This document shows, one piece after another, positions 8,756 through 15,657 of a DNA stretch of 64,000 nt. The stretch spans positions 10,174 to 74,173 of the forward strand of contig JAVBLN010000045.1 of NCBI GenBank assembly GCA_031553495.1. Direction: 5' to 3'. A program made the position numbers and the translations under genes. Source of the stretch: Flavihumibacter sp. (GTDB lineage: Bacteria > Bacteroidota > Bacteroidia > Chitinophagales > Chitinophagaceae). Position 1 is the stretch's first letter. Each line of letters opens with the position of its first letter. The notes beneath the pieces are model-generated. The model saw nothing but the letters and a program-made list of their open reading frames with translations, did no database searches and had not been told where the DNA came from.

Positions 8756-10309
8756 TTATTTCAAGGACGACAAGTGTTGTTCAATACCATGTATTATTAT
8801 TGTTTGCGCCATTGCTTCTGCAGTGGCTGCTTCGGCTTCCACTATTTGCGTGAAGCCCGCTTTTTGCAATGCTTTTGTTGTAGTGGGTCCGATGGAAAAT
8901 ACAACATTCGCTTTATTAAAATTCAATTTATTTTCCGCGATCAATTTTTGCGCGGCATCTACAGCCGAGGGACTTGCAAAGGTAATGGCATCAAACGGAT
9001 ATTGTAATTGTTGCAACTCACCTTCATCAAAATCCGGAGAGGTATTCTTATAAGCTTCCACCTGCACTACTGTTGCTCCAAGTTGTTTCAATTCTTCCGC
9101 CCAACCAACTAACGCTTTATCACTTGAAGGATGCAGTATGCGTAAGTCTGCAGGATTCTCATATTCGTTCAACAAAGTCTTTACCATTTCCCGGGCATTG
9201 TATACGGAAGGTGTTATATCACTTTCAATTCCATATTGCCTCAAAACAGCTTTCGTTTCTTTTCCTACAGTTACTACTTTACAAGTATGCAGATAACGTG
9301 AATCGACACACGAAATTTTAAGTTGTTTGAAAAATGAAAGCACACCGGCCACTGATGTAAATACCAGAATATTGTATGATTGTAATGCCTTTATTTGTTC
9401 CTGCAATGCCGGGTTTTCATCCGGCATATAAATATCAATTAACGGCAGATGCGTTACTGCTGCACCCTCTGCAGTGAGGCTTGAATACAAAGTCTTTAAA
9501 GATGCGGCAGCATGTGTAAGTAAAATTCGCTTATGTACCAACGGTTTATTCTCAAACCATTCCAAAGATTTATGATACTTCACCACTTCGCCAACAACTA
9601 TCAACGCGGGCATACTTATCTGTTCTGACGCGATTTTACTTTCAATTGTATTCAAAGTGCCAGTAAATGTTCGTTGCAATGGCGTGGTGCCGTGCTCAAT
9701 AATCGCTATGGGAGTATCAGCGCTTTTGCCATTTGTGGTAAGGTTTTGCACAATATGCGGCATATTTTTAACACCCATATAAAATACGATAGTACCATCA
9801 AACGCGGCAAGTAAAGGCCAGTTGAGCAATTGTTTATCCGGTGTTTCTTTCTGGTGCGCGGTTACAAACAGTACTCCCGCCGAAGCTTCACGATGTGTTA
9901 CGGGAATTCCCGCATATGCGGGAACCGCGATTCCTGCTGTAACTCCGGGTATGATTTCAAAATCAATTCCATGAGCAGAAAGAAAATCAGCTTCTTCAGC
10001 GCCACGTCCGTACATTAGCGGATCGCCGCCTTTCAAGCGCACAACAATATTTCCCTCCACCGCGTATTCCAGCAGTTTTTGATGAATTACCTCCTGCCTG
10101 TTGGCGCAGGCAAATGGCAATTTGCCTACATATACTTTTTTAGCAAGTGGTTTGCAAAAATCGAGCAGGCGGCGATTAACGAGATTGTCGTACAGCACAA
10201 CATCTGCTTTCTGCAATATGTCCTTCGCCTTAATAGTAAGCAATCCTTCATCTCCCGGACCGGCGCCGGCAATGTACACTTTAGATTTTATATTTTCAGG
10301 CGTGCTCAT
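8756..10309 (-). CDS. cobA: Uroporphyrinogen-III C-methyltransferase (SUMT) fused to a uroporphyrinogen-III synthase (HemD)-like C-terminal domain
   Basis: 517-aa ORF. The N-terminal ~250 aa show the tetrapyrrole methylase motifs VYIAGAGPGDEGLLTIKA, GGDPLMYGRG and IPGVTAGIAVPAYAGIPVTHR. The C-terminal ~260 aa (KRILLTHAA...VFTSVAGV...ITFASPSAV...SIGPTTT) resemble HemD. Confidence 0.8.
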   Translation of the reverse strand: MSTPENIKSKVYIAGAGPGDEGLLTIKAKDILQKADVVLYDNLVNRRLLDFCKPLAKKVYVGKLPFACANRQEVIHQKLLEYAVEGNIVVRLKGGDPLMYGRGAEEADFLSAHGIDFEIIPGVTAGIAVPAYAGIPVTHREASAGVLFVTAHQKETPDKQLLNWPLLAAFDGTIVFYMGVKNMPHIVQNLTTNGKSADTPIAIIEHGTTPLQRTFTGTLNTIESKIASEQISMPALIVVGEVVKYHKSLEWFENKPLVHKRILLTHAAASLKTLYSSLTAEGAAVTHLPLIDIYMPDENPALQEQIKALQSYNILVFTSVAGVLSFFKQLKISCVDSRYLHTCKVVTVGKETKAVLRQYGIESDITPSVYNAREMVKTLLNEYENPADLRILHPSSDKALVGWAEELKQLGATVVQVEAYKNTSPDFDEGELQQLQYPFDAITFASPSAVDAAQKLIAENKLNFNKANVVFSIGPTTTKALQKAGFTQIVEAEAATAEAMAQTIIIHGIEQHLSSLK

Positions 10310-10370
10310 TATTGCAAAATTCTGATTTTATTTTAAGACGCTGCCAGAGTTATTTTTAAAATTTTGATCA

Positions 10371-10458
10371 GCAACCTAATGTCGCCATGAAATACTACCG
10401 TACAAGTGAGTGACACAACGATGATGCCATGAAAAGCTAATGCCGGCACCAAAAAAAA
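10371..10458 (-). repeat. Repeat core unit, R orientation, subtype V4 (TTTCATGGC-flanked)
   Basis: gcaacctaatgtcgccatgaaatactaccgtacaagtgagtgacacaacgatgatgccatgaaaagctaatgccggcacc followed by an A-run. It sits in the cysI to cobA gap. Confidence 0.85.
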
Positions 10459-10516
10459 TCAAATGATTTTTATGAATGCCACAAATCAAGTGTACAATAA
10501 TACCTAATACAACTTC

Positions 10517-12223
10517 CTACCTGTGAAAATTTTCTGTCGCGCTTTTATACTCTATGATTTTCTTCCTTACCAAAAAATCTCCGAAATGTTCTTCACTATT
10601 TTTCTCAGTTGCGTATTGCGCAATGAGTGGACCCAGTGTTGTTAAAATTTCTTCCTCATTTAATGATTCCTTATATAATACATTCATCCTGTCTCCATTA
10701 AACGAAGCTCCCAAATACAGGTTGTACTTGCCGGGGGCACGCCCCACAAAACCTATTTCACCTAAATAGGGCCTTGCACAACCATTGGGACAGCCCGTCA
10801 TTCGTATTGTTACAGGTTGCTTTTGCAAATTATGCATACCTAACAATGCTTCAATTTTATCAACCAGTTCGGGCAAATACCTTTCCCCTTCCGCATTTGC
10901 AAGCGGGCACACATTTAAAGCAACACAAGCCAAAGAATGCAAGCGCAATGGCGTTTTATCCTGCTGCTGATGAATATTGTACCGCAGCAATAATTGTTCT
11001 ATCAGCTCTTTTTTCTGATCGCTGATATTTCCCAATACAACATTTTGGTTACCTGTCAATCGAAAATCACCATCACTGATCTTGGCAATTTCACGAAGCC
11101 CGGTCCTTAAAGGATATGCTTCAGTATCTTTTACTCTTCCACCTTCCACAAACAAAGTAATAAACCATTTTCCGTTCGCACCCTTCACCCATCCGTAGCT
11201 ATCGCCGTTGGTAATAAAAGTAAACGGTTTCGCGGGTTCCAATTTGTAACCTATTCTCTTGTGTAATTCTTCAATTAAAAAATCCAACCCAATTCTTTCT
11301 ATAGTATATTTCAATCTTGACAACCGCCTGTTTTCACGATTGCCATAATCGCGTTGTATTGTTAAAATTTTTTCACACACATCAACAGTTCTTTCTAACG
11401 GCACAAAGCCAATAACATTGCCGATTCGCGGATGTGTGGCGGTGTCACCAAAAGTCATTCCCATACCACCACCCACGCTAATATTGAAACCGGTTAATTT
11501 TTTGTTTTCTTCAATGGCTATCAATCCCAGGTCATGCGCAAACACATCCGTATCATTATATGGCGGTATCGCAAATGTTATCTTGAATTTGCGAGGCAGG
11601 TATACTTTCCCATATACCGGTTCTTCCACTTCTTCTGTTAGTCCGTTACCTCCTACTTCCTCATCGTTCAACCAAATTTTATAATAAGAAGTTGTTTTAG
11701 GATTCAGGTGATCGCTTACCTGCCGGGCTATGCGCTGCACATCATCATGAATATAACTTGTGTGCGGATTCACCGTATTCATCACATTCCGGTTCACATC
11801 GCCACAAGCGGCTATGGTACTTAAAAGCGCTTCATTAATTTCCTTTATTGTTGCCTTTAAATTATGCTTCAATATACCATGCAATTCAAACGCCTGGCGT
11901 GTAGTAAGCTTCAATGTAGGCATACCGTATTTACTAGCCAGCTCATCCAGTTGCAACCATTGCCCGGGTGTGGCAATACCACCCGGCACTCGCACCCGTA
12001 TCATGAATGAGTACAACGGTTCCAGCTTTTGCGCTTTGCGTTCTTTATCCAACTCACGATCACTCTGCACATACGACCCATGAAATTTTATGAGTTGTTG
12101 ATCCTGAGCAAACAAATTTCCCGTCACTTCATTCTGAAGACTCTCGGGCAGCGTACCACGCAGGTATTCGCTTTTCTCTTTTATATGTTCTACTTCAGAA
12201 AGTTTATTTTTATCCTCATTCAT
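10517..12223 (-). CDS. cysI: Assimilatory sulfite reductase (NADPH) hemoprotein beta-component
   Basis: The track start 12232 is a TTG; the first ATG is at 12223 (MNEDKNKLSEVEHIK). Nitrite/sulfite reductase siroheme/4Fe-4S motifs ACVALNVCPLANAE and TGCPNGCARPYLGEIG are present. Confidence 0.9.
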   Translation of the reverse strand: MNEDKNKLSEVEHIKEKSEYLRGTLPESLQNEVTGNLFAQDQQLIKFHGSYVQSDRELDKERKAQKLEPLYSFMIRVRVPGGIATPGQWLQLDELASKYGMPTLKLTTRQAFELHGILKHNLKATIKEINEALLSTIAACGDVNRNVMNTVNPHTSYIHDDVQRIARQVSDHLNPKTTSYYKIWLNDEEVGGNGLTEEVEEPVYGKVYLPRKFKITFAIPPYNDTDVFAHDLGLIAIEENKKLTGFNISVGGGMGMTFGDTATHPRIGNVIGFVPLERTVDVCEKILTIQRDYGNRENRRLSRLKYTIERIGLDFLIEELHKRIGYKLEPAKPFTFITNGDSYGWVKGANGKWFITLFVEGGRVKDTEAYPLRTGLREIAKISDGDFRLTGNQNVVLGNISDQKKELIEQLLLRYNIHQQQDKTPLRLHSLACVALNVCPLANAEGERYLPELVDKIEALLGMHNLQKQPVTIRMTGCPNGCARPYLGEIGFVGRAPGKYNLYLGASFNGDRMNVLYKESLNEEEILTTLGPLIAQYATEKNSEEHFGDFLVRKKIIEYKSATENFHR

Positions 12224-12234
12224 TTTAGACAAAT

Positions 12235-12445
12235 CATTGAATTATTGAATCATTGATTTCCAAATTATGGCATCCATCACATTACCCTCATTTTCAAACG
12301 CATTTCTAAATTCATTTTCACATTTTCACATTACCAAAATTTGTTCAAACCAAATAAGCAAAGCCATTCACACTGCATTTTCAAATTTTCAAATCAGCAC
12401 ATTTTCAAATTCATTTCAACATTTCCACATTTTCACATTTCTACA
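12235..12445. repeat. Short-period module block (AATCATTGA array then about 15 copies of a CATTTTCA-like array) filling the cysJ-cysI spacer
   Basis: atcattgaattattgaatcattga, then ...cattttcacattttcacattacc...cattttcaaattttcaaatcagcacattttcaaattcatttcaacatttccacattttcacatttctacat. Confidence 0.85.
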
Positions 12446-14317
12446 TTAATACACGTCTTCCTGCAACCTTCCTGCCTTTATCATTTCTTTCATAAAATGA
12501 ACAGCCTCTTCGTGGCTGATGGCAGCATGCTTTTCTACAATTTCAATCAGCGTATTTCTTACATCTCTTGCCATTTGTTTTCCATCGCCGCATATATAAA
12601 CATGAGCGCCATCCTTTATCCAACTGTATATTTCATCCGTATGTTGCGCCATTCTGTGTTGTACATATACTTTGTTCTCCGTATCACGTGAAAAAGCAGT
12701 GTTCATTTGCGTTAGTGTACCGATTTTTAAATGTCGTTGCCATTCGAGCTGATACAGAAAATCCGTAGTAAAATGACGATCTCCAAAAAACAACCAGCTT
12801 TTTCCTTTTGCGCCGGTAACGCTTCTTTCCTCTACAAAAGCACGGAACGGCGCTATGCCTGTTCCCGGACCAATCATTATAATAGGAGTACTGTCATCCT
12901 GCGGCAAACGAAACGATTCATTCTTTTCAATAAATAAATTAACGGTATCGCCCACACTAATTTCATCTGCTACAAAATTCGAGCAAACTCCTTTTCGCTC
13001 ACGTCCCCGGTTTTCATACAATACCTTTCCGATTGTAAGGTGTACTTCTTCTTCATGCTCTTTTATGGATGAGGCAATGGAATACATTCTCGGCTGCAAT
13101 GGAAGCGCTATATCTACAAATTCTTCAGCAGAAATGGCGGGAGCATATTCTTGTATAATATCCAACACGTCTTTTCCATATAATACAGATGTAAGCTCCT
13201 TCTTGTTTTCCAGTAACTTTTCCAAGGCTGCAGCGCTTTGTACAATCCTTTTTTCCTTAACATACTTCAGTACATTTTCAAGAAAAACACCGGACACGGT
13301 GGTAAGTTCTTTATGATGTATTAAAATCTCCTCCAGTGTCAGCAATTGATCTTTAAAGGCATGCATGGAGGAGGCATCCCATTTTGTAAATGACAAGATC
13401 TCTGCCACCAGCGCACTTGAATTCTTTGCATATACCCCAACCGTATCGCCGGGCTCATAGGTAAGTCCGCTTCCTTCCAGCGAAAACTCTACATGATAAG
13501 TTTGTTTTTGCGAACCTCGTCCATTTAATTGAATTTTCTCAAGTACTGTTGCCGCAAAAGGATTTTTCCGGCTGTACGAAATCTTTTTTGCAGCTTTTTC
13601 TACTCCTGCTATAGCAGGCTTTTTCGCAATACCATTTCCATTGCCGCTATTGATTTGCGATTGCAGTTTTGCGGAAATTTCCTCTATCCATTTTTCAGCG
13701 GTTTCTTCAAAGTCAACATCAGCGTCGGTTCTGTCCATCAGTCTTTCAGCGCCCAGCTCCGCGAAGCGCTTATCAAAATCTTTTCCGGTTTGGCAAAAGT
13801 TCACATAGCTCTGATCGCCAAGAGCAAGCACTGCATATTTCAGACCCGGAATAGCAGGAGACTTACGGTTATGAACAAACGCATGCAAATCTTCCGCAGC
13901 CGGTGGAGGATCACCTTCGCCATGCGTACTTACAATTACAAGCAGGTATTTTTCATTTTTTAGGGAAGCGCCGTTGTACTTGTTCATATCCTGGAGCGCC
14001 ACCATAAAACCTTTAGCAGTAAGCTTTTCCTGCAACGATTGTGCAATGCTTTTACTATTACCGCTTTTTGATCCGAATAGGATGGTAACAGGAATCTGCG
14101 AAATATCACTTTTCTCTGCGGGTGCCGTAGCTTCCTGCACTCCGGGAAACTGGTTCAATAATTCAAGAAGTTGGCGATTCGCCTGGTTCAGGCCGGTTAA
14201 ATAACCAGCCAGCCATTGCAATTGCGGAGGTTCAAAACTCCGCAATAACTGTTGCACCTGCTGTTTTTCGGAAGCGGTAAAAAGAGGCGACGTTATGGTG
14301 AATTGATCGTTACTCAT
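12446..14317 (-). CDS. cysJ: Assimilatory sulfite reductase (NADPH) flavoprotein alpha-component
   Basis: 623-aa ORF. Flavodoxin-like FMN domain (ILFGSKSGNSKSIA, STHGEGDPP), FAD/NADPH domain (RMYSIASS, GPGTGIAPFRAF) and C-terminal LQEDVY. Confidence 0.9.
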   Translation of the reverse strand: MSNDQFTITSPLFTASEKQQVQQLLRSFEPPQLQWLAGYLTGLNQANRQLLELLNQFPGVQEATAPAEKSDISQIPVTILFGSKSGNSKSIAQSLQEKLTAKGFMVALQDMNKYNGASLKNEKYLLVIVSTHGEGDPPPAAEDLHAFVHNRKSPAIPGLKYAVLALGDQSYVNFCQTGKDFDKRFAELGAERLMDRTDADVDFEETAEKWIEEISAKLQSQINSGNGNGIAKKPAIAGVEKAAKKISYSRKNPFAATVLEKIQLNGRGSQKQTYHVEFSLEGSGLTYEPGDTVGVYAKNSSALVAEILSFTKWDASSMHAFKDQLLTLEEILIHHKELTTVSGVFLENVLKYVKEKRIVQSAAALEKLLENKKELTSVLYGKDVLDIIQEYAPAISAEEFVDIALPLQPRMYSIASSIKEHEEEVHLTIGKVLYENRGRERKGVCSNFVADEISVGDTVNLFIEKNESFRLPQDDSTPIIMIGPGTGIAPFRAFVEERSVTGAKGKSWLFFGDRHFTTDFLYQLEWQRHLKIGTLTQMNTAFSRDTENKVYVQHRMAQHTDEIYSWIKDGAHVYICGDGKQMARDVRNTLIEIVEKHAAISHEEAVHFMKEMIKAGRLQEDVY

Positions 14318-14354
14318 GGCGTTCTTATAAAACGACCCTTCTTATGGAAGGGTC
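14318..14354 (-). terminator. Hairpin plus U-rich tract between rrf2 and cysJ (terminator or leader attenuator-like element)
   Basis: On the minus strand: GACCCTTC-cataa-GAAGGGTC (14354-14334), then GTTTTATAAGAACGCC and the cysJ ATG at 14317. Confidence 0.35.
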
Positions 14355-14471
14355 AACATTTACAAAAATGTAATTGCAACCGGAATTTTACCGTTTGCAA
14401 CCGCATTTATTGTATGTACTAATGGTTAACATTATTTGATTTGTGAATACGAAAATAATTATTATTCCTAT

Positions 14472-14496
14472 ATTTCCTATAATTTTAATAGGAAAT
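14472..14496. promoter_or_regulatory. AT-rich inverted repeat, candidate Rrf2-type operator upstream of cysJ
   Basis: aTTTCCTAT-aatttta-ATAGGAAAt, with a further attcctat half-site at 14464-14471. It lies 155-180 nt upstream of the cysJ start and just downstream of the rrf2 stop. Confidence 0.35.
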
Positions 14497-14524
14497 TATT
14501 ATAAAAAATATATCCTGTTGATAA

Positions 14525-14971
14525 TCAAATCGAAAAATCGGTAGGGAAACGCACTTCTTTATTCATAAGGTCACGCAACGATTTACCTTCCAGAACTTTT
14601 AACGTTACATCCCGTACCTCAAGAAACACCTGCCTTATAGCGCATGCAGGCTCGGGGTATGGACAAATATGGCAGGGTTCATAAAAAACTTTACTTACAC
14701 ATGGCAATAAAGCAATTGGGCCATCCATGGTACGCATAATCTGAACAAGCATAATTTCTTCCGGTGGTTTTGTAAGATAATAGCCACCGCCTTTCCCTGT
14801 ACGGCTGCCCAAAATTCCCGCCTTCCGTAATTCCAATAAAATAGCTTCCAGAAATTTATAAGGTATTTTCCGGTCTTCCGCAATTTGGTTAATGGGCACA
14901 TGGCCCTGTTTATACCGCTCTCCCAAATACGTTAATGCATGAATCGCATACTGTGCCTTATTTGATAACAT
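14525..14971 (-). CDS. Rrf2-family (IscR/CymR-like) transcriptional regulator with Cys ligand set
   Basis: 148-aa ORF. Winged-helix N-terminus MLSNKAQYAIHALTYLG...IPYKFLEAILLELRKAGIL, with cysteines at LLPCVS...CHICPYPEPAC suitable for Fe-S binding. It is the first gene of the minus-strand cys cluster. Confidence 0.85.
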   Translation of the reverse strand: MLSNKAQYAIHALTYLGERYKQGHVPINQIAEDRKIPYKFLEAILLELRKAGILGSRTGKGGGYYLTKPPEEIMLVQIMRTMDGPIALLPCVSKVFYEPCHICPYPEPACAIRQVFLEVRDVTLKVLEGKSLRDLMNKEVRFPTDFSI

Positions 14972-15037
14972 ATGCGGGTAAAATTAGCTTTTTTGTCCGT
15001 TTTACTTTAGGATTTTTATGGCAGAAAGATATTTGAA

Positions 15038-15064
15038 ATGCTTCATAATGTTATGCTTCATAAT
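15038..15064. promoter_or_regulatory. Perfect 12-nt direct repeat upstream of rrf2 (candidate autoregulatory site)
   Basis: ATGCTTCATAAT-gtt-ATGCTTCATAAT at 15038-15049 and 15053-15064, which is 67-93 nt upstream of the rrf2 ATG (14971, minus strand). Confidence 0.3.
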
Positions 15065-15073
15065 TTTTTAAGA

Positions 15074-15383
15074 TTTTTTTGGGAACCGGCTTTAGTGGTA
15101 CTATTAAGCATCGTTGTGTCACTCACTTGTACGGTAGTAATGCTATTGGGCAGCCTCATCCCCGGCCCTTCTCCAAAGGAAAAGGGAGCCGACGCACAAA
15201 GCGGAAATTCGTGGTCACAATAATTCTTTCTCCATTCATCTTTACGCGTTTTAAGCGGCTCATGCATCTCTCACTCATAACTCATAACTCAAAACTCACT
15301 ACTCAATGAATAGCATTCCTACTGTACAAGTGAGTGACACAACGATGCTTAATAGTAGCACTACCGCCCGTCCCAAAAAAATA
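15074..15383. repeat. Inverted doublet of repeat units (F 15074-15151, R 15305-15383, both V1) with mosaic spacer
   Basis: tttttttgggaaccggctttagtggtactattaagcatcgttgtgtcactcacttgtacggtagtaatgctattgggc ... gaatagcattcctactgtacaagtgagtgacacaacgatgcttaatagtagcactaccgcccgtccc followed by an A-run. It lies in the divergent rrf2/fhs region. Confidence 0.9.
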
Positions 15384-15657
15384 AATCTCAATATAGTACA
15401 ATGTTAAACACTCTAAAGCATCTCAAATTTCAAATCTGGCCAGCATTAGATTTTGCCTTTATTTTCTTACCAACTATTTAAAACCATCCAAACAAACAGA
15501 CTCATTTTTTAAAAAAATTAAACGCAAAATCATTTTACTTAAAACATTTCTAAAAACTCCGCCCATTATTGTTTTACGTAAATTTCCTGATATTGGTCAT
15601 CGATTTTCTGATAAGTTTTTCAAACATTAGCCAATATTTTTTTAAGAATCCTAAAAC

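Noticed and set aside
12267-12691. Small plus-strand ORFs in the cysJ-cysI spacer (60 aa and 116 aa; FSNxFxxFHI-type repeats).
   Set aside because: They are translations of the CATTTTCA short-period DNA array. The repetitive peptide simply mirrors the nucleotide periodicity, and the 116-aa ORF runs antisense into cysJ.
15038-15223. Recurrent hydrophobic peptide [11 protein letters not shown](T/A)VV(M/I)LLG in small ORFs (7399-7752, 15038-15223, 26389-26589). It could be mistaken for a conserved small membrane protein or lipoprotein signal encoded by the repeat, and some units even begin with ATGG.
   Set aside because: The frame is not preserved between copies. At 21020 the frame reads ATG GAA CCG GCA GTT GAG CCC TGA, at 50062 (F-form) it reads ATG TGA, and at 47003 a TAA precedes the CCGGCGG segment. 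Hairpin length differences are not multiples of three. Homologous doublets 7493 and 15074 diverge in frame right after GKGS because of an indel. Conservation is therefore at the nucleotide and structure level, and no protein is conserved.
15074-15383. Repeat doublets, considered as bidirectional Rho-independent terminators.
   Set aside because: The polarity is wrong. The T-run precedes the left arm and the A-run follows the right arm on both strands, so no transcript would see a stem followed by a U tract. Doublets also occur in divergent promoter regions such as rrf2/fhs. Genuine terminators (17351, 26621, 38736) are separate hairpins.
15386-15657. Possible ZTP (pfl) or THF riboswitch upstream of fhs, since folate and one-carbon genes often carry them.
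   Set aside because: I could not find the conserved ZTP elements (a GGGUCGUGACUGGCG-like 5' domain and CCGCCUGGGC 3' domain) or a THF-like fold. Only an isolated CCGCCC is present. The leader is AT-rich and unstructured.
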